From: Treponema sp.
Lineage (GTDB): Bacteria; Spirochaetota; Spirochaetia; Treponematales; Treponemataceae
NCBI GenBank assembly: GCA_045627285.1
Contig: JAZQNJ010000053.1
Span: 39,190 to 103,189 of the forward strand
DNA length: 64,000 nt
Direction of reading: 5' to 3'
Below are positions 1 through 9,918 of this stretch, piece after piece. How positions within the stretch are numbered: position 1 is the stretch's first letter; the number at the start of each line of letters is the position of its first letter. The notes below the pieces were generated by a model, which saw only the letters and a program-made list of their open reading frames with translations, was not told the DNA's origin and searched no databases. A program made the translations under genes and the position numbers.

Positions 1-465
1 GACAGTCCTTACGAGCTGGCAGGAACAATCGAAAAAGAAATTACAGGTGCAGCTCTGGACCAGCTTTTTGTTAACGGCAAAACACTGGAAAATGCCCGCA
101 ATGAAGAAATCGCTTCAATGCATCCTAATATGCGTGCAGAAGTAGAAAAAGATCTCCAGCAGCATCCTGAAAAAGCAGTAAAAGCCCTTGTTAAAAAAGA
201 AGGCTATCGTCTTTACCAGTACAATTCCCTCAATAAAACCACTCAGGGCACAGAACTGGAGCTGGTAAGTCCAGATGTTCTTTCTCAGAAACTTCAGGGC
301 GTGGATTACGTATTTGTAAATTCAAAGAACGGAACTGTCATCGACTGGGTTAATCCAGACCACGATTGTGCCATTTACACAAACTTAGATATTGCAGAAG
401 GTACACTGGTTCGTACAAAGGATCCTGAATATGTTGAAGGTCAGGTCCGTACTACAGGGAGATAG
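1..465 (+). CDS. Hypothetical protein, 3' part (5' end lies outside the window)
   Basis: The frame of ORF 118..465 is open back to position 1; stop TAG at 463-465; no recognisable motif. Confidence 0.7.
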   Translation, partial: DSPYELAGTIEKEITGAALDQLFVNGKTLENARNEEIASMHPNMRAEVEKDLQQHPEKAVKALVKKEGYRLYQYNSLNKTTQGTELELVSPDVLSQKLQGVDYVFVNSKNGTVIDWVNPDHDCAIYTNLDIAEGTLVRTKDPEYVEGQVRTTGR

Positions 466-1267
466 GGCGTGCCGGCACAATAAATTGTGCCGTCGGTCCT
501 TCCGCAGTTCCGCTTTCGCTTCATCCCTTACGGGACGGCTTCGCCGCTGCTCCAGCACCTCACGTGTTTTATTCCTCTTATTATTTTTATTCATTGTTTG
601 TCCATTATCTGCTCATTGCTCCAGTAAAGATCTTGTTCAGTATGTCCGTTATGATTTTGCTAAAAACTTCGATTATGGTCCGGAAGCAAACCTGGCTGTT
701 CCCGGCATTGGCTATGGTTTAAACTATAAAAATCAATTGCTGGCAGAAGCTTTATACAGTTCTTCATGGGTTACAAATGATTTTTTAATTACTGTCACTT
801 TCTGGCCCCAAGAGTTACAGGTCAACAGATATACAGCCTTTGGGTTAAAAACGACATTGCATTTTCTTGATTTTGACCGTTTTAGTACAGAACAGGATTA
901 TCTTGCAGAGCCGATCTTAAAGCTGGGAACAGACAGTTTTTATATTCAGGGCGGCATGTTCCTGGGAATAAAGCGTACGGCAATAAAAGTTCTTGATGAA
1001 TCCTTTTATGACTTTTATCCATGCTATTGTGTTCAGGCTGCAGGAAAAATCAATTCAATCTATGAGCTTTACGGTTCTTTTTCTACCCATGACAATAGGC
1101 GGTATTATCTTTTTTCTTCTCCATTATACACTCTTGGTGCCAGTGTTAACCTTGAGAATAGGGCTGTTTTTTCTTTGGAAGCAGAGGCCCATTGTGCAGA
1201 CATGTTTACCGCAAAATTTTACCTTAACGGGTTTAGCTTAGGAACTTCCTTAAAGGTGATGCTATGA
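431..1267 (+). CDS. Hypothetical exported, outer-membrane beta-barrel-like protein; start uncertain
   Basis: Hydrophobic signal-like stretch VLFLLLFLFIVCPLSA followed by amphipathic, aromatic-rich strands. The nearest upstream in-frame ATG is at 431, so the frame runs through repeat copy A. The stop overlaps the next gene (ATGA). Confidence 0.55.
   Translation: MLKVRSVLQGDRACRHNKLCRRSFRSSAFASSLTGRLRRCSSTSRVLFLLLFLFIVCPLSAHCSSKDLVQYVRYDFAKNFDYGPEANLAVPGIGYGLNYKNQLLAEALYSSSWVTNDFLITVTFWPQELQVNRYTAFGLKTTLHFLDFDRFSTEQDYLAEPILKLGTDSFYIQGGMFLGIKRTAIKVLDESFYDFYPCYCVQAAGKINSIYELYGSFSTHDNRRYYLFSSPLYTLGASVNLENRAVFSLEAEAHCADMFTAKFYLNGFSLGTSLKVML
464..564 (-). repeat. Structured GC-rich dispersed element, copy A
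   Basis: Minus strand: gtgctgga-GCAG-cggcGAAgccg-tcccGTAAggga-tgaa-gcGAAAgc-ggaa-CTGC-ggaaggaccgac-ggcacaatttattgtgcc. Aligns by eye with copies B-E. Confidence 0.8.
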
Positions 1268-2157
1268 AAAAAGCTTTATACCTGTTCATTTTAATATTAG
1301 TCATAAGTTTTTCATCCTGCTCCTTCGGGGGTTATCAGTTTGCCTTTACAGACAAAACTGTGGAAGACCGTTCCCCATGCATTCAGCAGATGGAAGAAAT
1401 AAAGCCACAATCCACAGGTCATACAAAATACAGCTTTCTGATTGTTACAGACATGCACATTGGAGCTGCACGATATTCCCACAATGATGACGGATTTTTT
1501 AAGTGGCTGGACAAACAGTTTGATAATCCTGACGAAGTAATGCGACCTGCATTTGTCATAAATCTTGGTGATATTGCAGACACAGGCAGTTCAAAAGAAT
1601 ACAAAGAGTACGCAGATTGGGAAACCAAAGTAAAAATGGCAGCTCAGACAAAACTTGGAATTGCAGATTACAAAATATTCAATGTGGCCGGAAATCACGA
1701 CATCTACAATGATGGAGCTGCAAATTACAGAAAAATGGTTTATCCCCACAGCTTCAGCTACTGCTTTAGTTTTTCAAACAGTTCAACAGAAGAGGGCTTT
1801 GACTTTTATTTTCTGGACTCAGCAAACGGCACCTTTGGAATCCGGCAGTTAAATGATCTGGAAAAAAAATTTAAGCAGAATAACAGGCCAAAATTAATTT
1901 TTACCCATTATCCGCTGTATCTTAAAGGCATAAATATGATGATTCAGGATACGCTGGAGAGGGCAAAAGTACTTACATTCCTGGCCGAAGGCGATGCAAA
2001 GCTTGTAATGGGCGGCCATGCCCATGTAACACAGAGCAAAGACTTTGGACCATTTCTTTCCCAGATTACGGCAGCCTATGCCGGAAGGAATACAGTCTGT
2101 CTTGTAACAGTTGATGAACAAACTTGTGAGGTTTCAACAAAGGTTGTCAGTTTTTAA
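1264..2157 (+). CDS. Calcineurin-like metallophosphoesterase, lipoprotein
   Basis: Lipobox FSSC; motifs DMH, GD, GNHD, H, GHAH. Confidence 0.85.
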   Translation: MKKALYLFILILVISFSSCSFGGYQFAFTDKTVEDRSPCIQQMEEIKPQSTGHTKYSFLIVTDMHIGAARYSHNDDGFFKWLDKQFDNPDEVMRPAFVINLGDIADTGSSKEYKEYADWETKVKMAAQTKLGIADYKIFNVAGNHDIYNDGAANYRKMVYPHSFSYCFSFSNSSTEEGFDFYFLDSANGTFGIRQLNDLEKKFKQNNRPKLIFTHYPLYLKGINMMIQDTLERAKVLTFLAEGDAKLVMGGHAHVTQSKDFGPFLSQITAAYAGRNTVCLVTVDEQTCEVSTKVVSF

Positions 2158-3991
2158 CCCCTGACTTAAGTTCTCTTTTTATCCATTCAACTTCTACGAG
2201 ACGATGATCAATATTTTCAATTCTGTGAAACGTAATACAGTCGGCTCTGTGAATCATTACGCCATTTCTTGTATTTGCATAACCGCAGATTAAATCTCCT
2301 GGCTTTGGAGAACAGCAGCCGGCAAGCTTATATAAAACATTTTTTGTGCCGTCAACCTGAATTTCTCCGGTGTAACATTCATCAATCTTCCGTTCCTTTG
2401 CCTTTTCTGGATTAGTTCCACGGTGCTTTCTTCGCTTTTCTTCCTGAATCTGCTGGGCGTGTTCACTCTGGGCCTGAATATCGGCTTTTCTCTGTTCTTC
2501 TGCCGCTTTATCAATAAAGGTTGGATCATTTGCTACAAGCCAGCTGTGGATTCTTTGTCTGGCTTTCGATGTCCGGACAATCTTAAGCTGATTTTCTGTA
2601 GGATGAGCCTGAGGATTTGTTATGATTTCGATGATCTGTGTATTTTTTAAAGCTGCAGAAAGCGGAATGATTTTTCCGTCTGCTTTTGCACCTACGATTT
2701 TTTCACCAACCTTGGAATGAACATGGTATGCAAAGTCGATGGCATTGGAGCCGGCTGGCAACTGTATAACATCACCCATAGGAGTAAATACAAAAATTTC
2801 GTCACCTAACAGTTCTCCCTTAAGCTTTGCAAAGAAATTTTCATCACTGAGCTTTTCGTCTTTAAGGCTCTGCAGCTGGTTAAAAATTCCCAGGTTTGAA
2901 ACATCAACTTTGTCGTGGTTTGTTCCCTTTTTGTAAAGCCAGTGGGAAGCAACACCGTGTTCTGCTTTGTTGTGCATGTCCTCTGTACGAATCTGGATTT
3001 CCAGAGGACGACCTTCACACATGACAGTTGTATGGAGGGACTGGTATCCGTTGGCTTTTGGCATGGCAATGTAGTCCTTGAAGCGTCCGTCCATAGGCTT
3101 CCACAGGCCGTGAACAATTCCGATTAAAGTGTAGCACTGAGCATTTGTCTGACAGATTACGCGAAGGGCCAGAAGGTCATAGAGCTGGCTTGCGGGAACA
3201 TTGCGTTTCTGCATCTTTTTGTAAATTGAATAAAAATGCTTTGCACGGCTGGAAACACTTACTGTAATGCCGGCTTTTTCTGAGGATTTATAGATTGCGT
3301 TTACGGCTTTTTCCAGGTACAGGGAACGCTCGTCATGCTTCTGGTTTACGATGGCCTTAATTTGTGCAAAGACATCAGGGTTTGAGTACTTAAGGCTTAA
3401 ATCTTCCATCTCATTTTTGATGGACTGCATACCAAGACGGTCAGCAAGAGGAGCCCAGATATCAATAACTTCTGCGGCCACAAGACGCTGCTTTTTTTCG
3501 TCGATGGATTTTAAGTTTCTCATTCTGTCCAGACGGTCAGCAAGCTTTACGAGAATGACTCTTACATCGTCAATCATGGCAAAGAGCATTTTACGTATGT
3601 TGTCTGCCTGCTGAATCGATGAGGCATTGATTTTCATGCCGGTTATTTTTGAAGTGTCCTGTACGATTCTTGTAATTACAGGTCCGAATTTAACTTCAAT
3701 TTCTTCCTTCTGAATGCCTTCAATTTCAAAAATGCTGTGAAGGAGACCGCAGATGACACAGTCCATGTCCATCTTTGCCTGAGCAAGAAGGGCTGCAACT
3801 CTCATTGGATGAAGGTGATAAGGCTTACCGCAGGTACGCTGAAGTGAGGAAGTTTTATTACAGAGATAAATCCAGGCCTCTTCAAATTTTTGTTTTTCTT
3901 CCGGAGTAAAGCTGTTAAAAGTTTCGAAAAACTGTTTCAGGAGAATGTCTTTGTCGTATTCGGTGTTGTTTGTAATTATGTCGAAAGCCAC
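2147..3991 (-). CDS. RelA/SpoT family (p)ppGpp synthetase with a degenerate HD domain and no ACT domain
   Basis: KLADRLDRMR, RAKHFYSIYKKM, RFKDYIAMPKANGYQSLHT, EIQIRT, TGS (DFAYHVHSKVG) and CC zinc finger; GTG start with GGAGG upstream. Confidence 0.92.
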   Translation of the reverse strand: MAFDIITNNTEYDKDILLKQFFETFNSFTPEEKQKFEEAWIYLCNKTSSLQRTCGKPYHLHPMRVAALLAQAKMDMDCVICGLLHSIFEIEGIQKEEIEVKFGPVITRIVQDTSKITGMKINASSIQQADNIRKMLFAMIDDVRVILVKLADRLDRMRNLKSIDEKKQRLVAAEVIDIWAPLADRLGMQSIKNEMEDLSLKYSNPDVFAQIKAIVNQKHDERSLYLEKAVNAIYKSSEKAGITVSVSSRAKHFYSIYKKMQKRNVPASQLYDLLALRVICQTNAQCYTLIGIVHGLWKPMDGRFKDYIAMPKANGYQSLHTTVMCEGRPLEIQIRTEDMHNKAEHGVASHWLYKKGTNHDKVDVSNLGIFNQLQSLKDEKLSDENFFAKLKGELLGDEIFVFTPMGDVIQLPAGSNAIDFAYHVHSKVGEKIVGAKADGKIIPLSAALKNTQIIEIITNPQAHPTENQLKIVRTSKARQRIHSWLVANDPTFIDKAAEEQRKADIQAQSEHAQQIQEEKRRKHRGTNPEKAKERKIDECYTGEIQVDGTKNVLYKLAGCCSPKPGDLICGYANTRNGVMIHRADCITFHRIENIDHRLVEVEWIKRELKSGVKN

Positions 3992-4147
3992 TGGTTCCTC
4001 CTTAACAATAAAGTCTTTCTATAACAATAAAAATATAGCATAAAGCAAGGGTTCGTGTATAAGGATTTTCTTATTTTTATCTAAAGATATTCTAATCTAA
4101 TTTTTTATCCGATAATCTATTATAAATATAGAAAAAAGGTTTATTTA

Positions 4148-5464
4148 ATGAAAAAGGCAATTATCCCTGCAATAGCAGCAGTGTCATTTCTTATAGTGTC
4201 AGTTTTTTCTGCCACTGCCGAAAATTACACCCTCAACGAAAATCAGGCTGTAGAAAAGGCTCTTAAAAACAATGTTTCCCTGGAACAGAGTGCTATCACT
4301 TTAAATTCCCTCAAAAGAACCAGTGCCCACAGCTGGAATTCTGCCAGTCCGTCAATTTCTGCTTCTGCATCAGGAACAGTTCCTGTGGATGCTCTTTCTG
4401 ACAAGACTTCAGATTATTCCATGGCACTAAGTGTTTCTGCAGCAGTATCTGTTACTCTGGCTTCAAATCTCTTTACACAGATGCAGGTTGCAAAGCATAA
4501 CTATGAAATAGGAAAAATCACATTTGAAGAAGCATATCGCTCCATAGAACTGACTGTACGGCAGAATTTCTACGGATTACTATACGAAAAAGAAAATATC
4601 ACCCTGCAGGAAAAAAATCTTCAGATTGCCCGCCAGCAGTATAACAACAATCTGGCAAAGTATAACTCAGGCCGTCTCAGCGAAATTGATGTTTTAAGTG
4701 CGGAAGTTAATTATAAAGGGCTTATTCCAACTGTAGAAAATGCCCGTACCATATACGAAAATAACCTGGATTCCTTTAAGCAGCTTCTTGGTCTGGAACT
4801 GACAGATACAGTCGAACTGGAAGGCGATCTGGACGATCTTGTTTATCTGGAAAAAATCACTCTGGACGGTCATGAAGTAAAGTCGTCAAAAATCGCTTCC
4901 CTTGAAAAAAAATTGCAGTCAGAAAAAGCCGGACTTCTGGATAAAAGATTTTCTGCCTATGGACCGAGTTTTAAGGCTGATTTTAACTGGAATGAAGGAA
5001 ACTGGTATTCCGGTGGAAAAAACGGATATGAAAGCAGAGATCCCGAAAAATCATCATCTGTTAAGCTTACAGCTTCAATTCCCCTTGACGGTGTGCTTCC
5101 CTGGTCTTCAAAAAACGACAGCGTAGATAAAGCAAAAGAAAGTGTAAAGACTGCAGAGCTTCAGCTTCAGGACGAAAAAATTTCCCTTCAACGGTCAATT
5201 GATTCTTCCCTCCGGTCCATTAAACAAAGCCAGGAAGCAATCAAATACCGTCAGGCAAATGTTACACTGGCTCAAAAAAACTATGACATGACACTGGAGG
5301 CCTATAACAGAGGTACTAAGGATCTTTTGAGCCTGCAGAATACAAGCAATTCTCTTTTAAGTGCACAGCTTTCACTAAAAAACGAAATATACAGTTTAAG
5401 AAAACTTATTCTGAATCTTGAAAATATTATTGGTGCCGGTTTTGGTACTCTTACGGAGAAATAA
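4148..5464 (+). CDS. TolC-family outer membrane efflux protein
   Basis: Signal peptide and two OEP-like helical halves (YNSGRLSEIDVL / YNRGTKDLLSL); first gene of the efflux operon. Confidence 0.85.
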   Translation: MKKAIIPAIAAVSFLIVSVFSATAENYTLNENQAVEKALKNNVSLEQSAITLNSLKRTSAHSWNSASPSISASASGTVPVDALSDKTSDYSMALSVSAAVSVTLASNLFTQMQVAKHNYEIGKITFEEAYRSIELTVRQNFYGLLYEKENITLQEKNLQIARQQYNNNLAKYNSGRLSEIDVLSAEVNYKGLIPTVENARTIYENNLDSFKQLLGLELTDTVELEGDLDDLVYLEKITLDGHEVKSSKIASLEKKLQSEKAGLLDKRFSAYGPSFKADFNWNEGNWYSGGKNGYESRDPEKSSSVKLTASIPLDGVLPWSSKNDSVDKAKESVKTAELQLQDEKISLQRSIDSSLRSIKQSQEAIKYRQANVTLAQKNYDMTLEAYNRGTKDLLSLQNTSNSLLSAQLSLKNEIYSLRKLILNLENIIGAGFGTLTEK

Positions 5465-6454
5465 ATGACCATTAAAGGAAAAGAAATCAAAAAATCATGG
5501 ATTGCGGCAGCCTGTGTTGTTGCTGCAACTGTAATCGTTATCATTCTTTCGATGACAGTTTTAAAATCGGATGGAGTTCAAAAGAACAGCGGAAAAAAAG
5601 GAAGGGGCAATACCGTTGTTTCTGTAAGGACTATGGAAGCTGCTGCTACGACACTTCACGGATATGTTTCAACAAACGGAGAAGTTGAAAGTCAGAGCTC
5701 TGTAAATGTTTTTCCTGATGTATCCGGTAAAGTAATGGAAACAGCTGTAATGCTTGGTTCTGTTGTAAAGCGGGGGGACATAATCGGTTATGTTGATCCA
5801 AATTCACCTGGAAGCTATTACAAACGAAGTCCGGTTTATGCTCCGATTTCTGGAAGCGTTATTTCTACACCGCTTAAAAATGGTACAACTGTTACTACCG
5901 GAACAACAATTTGCATTATTGGAGATATTAATAATCTTCAGGTAACTGCCAGTGTACCTGAGCGCTTTGTTGCAGTATTAAAGACGGGCCTTAAGGCAGA
6001 TGTAAGCGTAGAAGCATATCCTGGTGTTGTTTTTCCTGCCACTGTAAGCAGAGTAAGTCCGGTAGTTGATGCTGCCAGCCGCACAAAAGAAGTTATCCTT
6101 AATTTTGACACAAAAGACAGCCGTGTAAATGCAGGTATGTTTGCAAAGGTTGTGCTGTATACAGAAGATTACAAAGGTTTTCCAGTTATGCCGGCTGATG
6201 CCGTTGTTTCTCTCAATGAAGAAAATTTTGCCTTTGTAATTGGAAATGAAAACAAAGTTCAGCGACGTAAAATCAAAACAGGAAACTCTGTAGACGGAAT
6301 GATTCAGGTTCTGGAAGGAATCAATGAGGGGGAGAGAATCGTTATTCAGGGACAGACTGCATTAAGTGATGGTAGCACAGTTCGTGATATTTCTTTATCC
6401 GCAGAAAAAAAGGTTGATGAATCTGATAAAGCCGGTAAACAGGAGAAAAAATGA
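5465..6454 (+). CDS. RND efflux periplasmic adaptor (MFP)
   Basis: N-terminal TM helix; APISG, VSPVVDAASRT, GMFAKV motifs. Confidence 0.9.
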   Translation: MTIKGKEIKKSWIAAACVVAATVIVIILSMTVLKSDGVQKNSGKKGRGNTVVSVRTMEAAATTLHGYVSTNGEVESQSSVNVFPDVSGKVMETAVMLGSVVKRGDIIGYVDPNSPGSYYKRSPVYAPISGSVISTPLKNGTTVTTGTTICIIGDINNLQVTASVPERFVAVLKTGLKADVSVEAYPGVVFPATVSRVSPVVDAASRTKEVILNFDTKDSRVNAGMFAKVVLYTEDYKGFPVMPADAVVSLNEENFAFVIGNENKVQRRKIKTGNSVDGMIQVLEGINEGERIVIQGQTALSDGSTVRDISLSAEKKVDESDKAGKQEKK

Positions 6455-9400
6455 GCATAAGCAAAAAAACTCTTGATCATCCTGTTCTTACTCTTATCGT
6501 ATTTGTGCTTCTGGCAATTACAGGTCTTTTTACAATTAAGAACGTTGCCATCAGCCTTATGCCGGATATCGACAGCCCTTATATTACAGTCCGCACTTCT
6601 TACACAAATGCCGGTCCTGAATCTGTAGAGAAGGCTGTAACAAAAGTGCTGGAAGGTCAGCTTATAAGTGTAGCCGGTCTTAAAAAACTTACATCAACTT
6701 CAAGGGAAGGTTCATCTTCCATTTCTCTGGAGTTTAACTATGGTACAGATCTTGATATTGCTACTCAGAATATCCGCGACAAGATAGACAGAGTTGTTCG
6801 AAAACTCCCTGACGAAGCAGGAACTCCTACTATCATGAAGATGGACAGTGACGCAATGCCTATTATGCGTATTGCCGTTAATGGGGTGCGGTCCAGGGAC
6901 GAGCTTAAGGTAATTGCTGAAGATACAATTGCTGATCTGCTTGAACAGACTGATGGTGTTGCAGAAGCAAGTGTCAGTGGTGGTCGTGACAAAATTGTCC
7001 GGGTAGATATTTCTCAGAACAGGCTGGCAGCTTATGGCCTTACAATCAGTGCAATCAATTCGGCCCTCTCAAAACAGAATCTGGAACTGGGAGGCGGTAA
7101 AATCACAGAAGGTAAGACTGATTATACAATCCGTACTACAGGTGAATTTTCCAGTCTGGAAGAGATTAACGATACAATTCTTGTAAAGAAAAATGATTAT
7201 GTGGTGCGGCTTCGCGATGTTGGTACTGCATACATGGGATACAAAGATAAATCCAATGAAGTTTATATCAACGGGCTTCCTGGAGTTTACATCTCAGTAA
7301 CAAAGCAGTCTGGAAAAAACAGTGTAACTGTAGCAAATGCAGTTTATGAAAAAATGAGGCAGATTGAAGAATTTGTTCCTGATGACATTACGCTGTCCAT
7401 TGTGTCAGATACAACAGACTCTATCAGAGATACAATTAATACTCTTATTTCCAGCCTTGTTCAGGGGCTTATACTTGCAGTAATCGTTCTTTTCCTGTTC
7501 CTTAAAAACTTTAAGTCTACAATCATTATTGCAATTTCAATTCCCCTGTCAGTAATCATTACGCTTCTTGCCATGAGCATGGCTGGAATTACTTTGAACA
7601 TGATGACTCTTACGGGACTTATTCTTGGGGTTGGTATGATTGTAGATGCTTCCATCGTTATGATTGAAAACATCTATGTTTACAGAACTCGTGGTGCTAA
7701 ACCAAAAGTAGCAGCTGTGCTTGGTTCCTCAGAAATGATCATGTCAGTTCTTTCCGGAAACCTGACAACTATCTGTGTATTTATTCCGTTTCTTTTGTTT
7801 ATGAAGGACCTGGGAATGATGGGACAGATGTTTAAAGGAATTATTTTTACCGTCGTAATTGCTCTTGTTTCATCGCTTTTTGTTGCTGTATTCCTTGTGC
7901 CTGTTCTTGCGGGAAAATTTCTTCCCCTCACAAACAGAAAAGAAAAGCCTGTTACCTTTGGGTCTCTGAAAAGATTCTATGAAATCTGTGACGTTCCTCT
8001 TAATATCCTTACTAAGTATTACAGAATTGCACTAGACGCTGCACTAAAAAACAAAGCCGTTACTTCAATCATTTGTTTTTCAATCCTTGTTATGGCCATT
8101 GCCCTGGCACCTACATTAAAAATAAACATGATGCCAAAGGGAAACGATGATTCTGTACAGCTTAACCTGACACTGCCTATGGGAACTACACTGAACGAAA
8201 CAATTCAGGTGATGGAGTCAGTGGAACAGATAGTTCGTGACGAAGTAAAAGGTTATAAAACCCTTATTACAAGCATGGGTACCGGTGGCACAAGCTATAA
8301 AGGTAACATTCAGATAAAGCTTCCAAAATCAAAGTTCCAGATTGATAATGCCGAAGCAGTTCAGGCAAAGCTTCGAAAGCATTTTGGAGATTTTGCCGGC
8401 GCCAGATTTAACTTTAGTTCCGGAATGAGAGGTCAGATGACAGGAAGCGACCTTAAAATCAAAGTAAGGTCAGACTCTCTGGATGATGCCCTTAAAGTTG
8501 CTTCACAGATTCGGGGTGTTATGGAAAAAATTTCTGATATTGGTGAAGTTTCCATCGATACGGAAGAAGGTGTTCCAGAAGTAGAGATTGATATTGACCG
8601 CCAGAGAGCTTATGACTTTGGGGTCGATGTAACAACTGTTGCCAGAGAAATCAACTATGCCATTAACGGTGTAACTTCAACAACATACAGAGAAAACGGA
8701 AAAGAATACAACACCGTAATTATGTATTCCAGAGAAGACCGCCAGAAGGTTGTGGACCTGGAACAGATCTATGTAAACGGAACAAAGGGTAAGGTAAGTG
8801 TAGCAAACTTTGCCGTGGTAAAAAAAGGTCTTGGACCTGTAAGTATCCGCCGCGAAAATCAAACCCGTGTTGTTTCTGTTTCTGCAGATATAGTTTCTGA
8901 AACAAATGCAAACATCGTTGAAGACGCCATCCGTGAAGGAATTGCAGAAAGCTTTATTATTCCGGACAACGTAACATTAAGCTGGGAAGGAACATGGAAG
9001 GATATGAAAGACCAGGGAAAAACCTACACTCAGATTATTCTCATGGCAATTATCCTTGTATTTGGTGTAATGGCAGGTACTTATGAAAGCTTTAAGGCAC
9101 CTCTTATTAACCTTTGTACAATTCCATTCCTCATTATTGGAGTAGTATTCATTTACAAGCTTTCTGGACAAGCCTTCAGTATGATGAGCCTCGTGGGCCT
9201 CATTATGCTTGTAGGAATTGTTGTAAATAATGGAATCATTCTCGTAGATTACACAAATCTTCTTCTGGACAGAGGCTACAAAATGCACGAGGCTTGTCTG
9301 GAAGCAGGGACCAGCCGTCTTCGTCCTGTTTTAATGACTACCCTTACAACAATTCTCGGTATGCTTCCAATGTGTTTTGCCACAAGCGGAAGTGCTGGAA

Positions 9401-9546
9401 TGGTACAGCCAATCGGTGTTGCAGTTGTAGGAGGACTTACAAGTTCGACTTTCGTAACGCTGTTCTTTATTCCTGTTCTCTATTCCATGATCATGAAGGA
9501 AAAGCAAAAGGAACTGAGTTCTATCCGGCTGAATACTCAGGAATAA
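6451..9546 (+). CDS. AcrB/AcrD/AcrF-family RND permease
   Basis: 1031 aa with multiple TM segments; GMIVDASIVMIEN and RLRPVLMTTLTTILG motifs. Confidence 0.95.
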   Translation: MSISKKTLDHPVLTLIVFVLLAITGLFTIKNVAISLMPDIDSPYITVRTSYTNAGPESVEKAVTKVLEGQLISVAGLKKLTSTSREGSSSISLEFNYGTDLDIATQNIRDKIDRVVRKLPDEAGTPTIMKMDSDAMPIMRIAVNGVRSRDELKVIAEDTIADLLEQTDGVAEASVSGGRDKIVRVDISQNRLAAYGLTISAINSALSKQNLELGGGKITEGKTDYTIRTTGEFSSLEEINDTILVKKNDYVVRLRDVGTAYMGYKDKSNEVYINGLPGVYISVTKQSGKNSVTVANAVYEKMRQIEEFVPDDITLSIVSDTTDSIRDTINTLISSLVQGLILAVIVLFLFLKNFKSTIIIAISIPLSVIITLLAMSMAGITLNMMTLTGLILGVGMIVDASIVMIENIYVYRTRGAKPKVAAVLGSSEMIMSVLSGNLTTICVFIPFLLFMKDLGMMGQMFKGIIFTVVIALVSSLFVAVFLVPVLAGKFLPLTNRKEKPVTFGSLKRFYEICDVPLNILTKYYRIALDAALKNKAVTSIICFSILVMAIALAPTLKINMMPKGNDDSVQLNLTLPMGTTLNETIQVMESVEQIVRDEVKGYKTLITSMGTGGTSYKGNIQIKLPKSKFQIDNAEAVQAKLRKHFGDFAGARFNFSSGMRGQMTGSDLKIKVRSDSLDDALKVASQIRGVMEKISDIGEVSIDTEEGVPEVEIDIDRQRAYDFGVDVTTVAREINYAINGVTSTTYRENGKEYNTVIMYSREDRQKVVDLEQIYVNGTKGKVSVANFAVVKKGLGPVSIRRENQTRVVSVSADIVSETNANIVEDAIREGIAESFIIPDNVTLSWEGTWKDMKDQGKTYTQIILMAIILVFGVMAGTYESFKAPLINLCTIPFLIIGVVFIYKLSGQAFSMMSLVGLIMLVGIVVNNGIILVDYTNLLLDRGYKMHEACLEAGTSRLRPVLMTTLTTILGMLPMCFATSGSAGMVQPIGVAVVGGLTSSTFVTLFFIPVLYSMIMKEKQKELSSIRLNTQE

Positions 9547-9614
9547 AAAATTCATTACATAAAAAATTACTGTCAAATTTAGGGATTTGACCATGAGTGT
9601 TTATTGGGGGAAAA

Positions 9615-9899
9615 ATGACAAGACTTGAAATTATTGGAAACCAGTCTCTGCAGGACGAAATTATTTCACTTCTGGAAGAACATATTCCCGGAGTTCTTTA
9701 TACAATTATTCCTGTGGTAACTGGAAAAGGAAAAAATAATTATAAACTAGGAAACTCCACCTGGCCGGAAACAAATTTTGTTCTCATAAGCTATGTGGAA
9801 GACAGTCAGGTAGAAACTGCAAAAAAAATAATTGCCGCAGTAAAAGAAAAATTCGAAGGTGAAGGCTTAAAACTTTTCTGCGTAAAGGCCGAAGAGTAA
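9615..9899 (+). CDS. PII-like (PG0541-type) transporter-associated protein
   Basis: ~94 aa directly after the RND permease; V.GKG...LG..TWPETN motif; ATG at 9615 after GGGGG. Confidence 0.7.
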   Translation: MTRLEIIGNQSLQDEIISLLEEHIPGVLYTIIPVVTGKGKNNYKLGNSTWPETNFVLISYVEDSQVETAKKIIAAVKEKFEGEGLKLFCVKAEE

Positions 9900-9918
9900 A
9901 ATTTTTATGAGTGCATTA

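Noticed and set aside
464-564. tRNA or CRISPR interpretation of the cloverleaf-like repeats
   Set aside because: No T-loop, D-loop or anticodon-loop consensus; copies are dispersed, with no regular repeat-spacer pattern and no cas genes.
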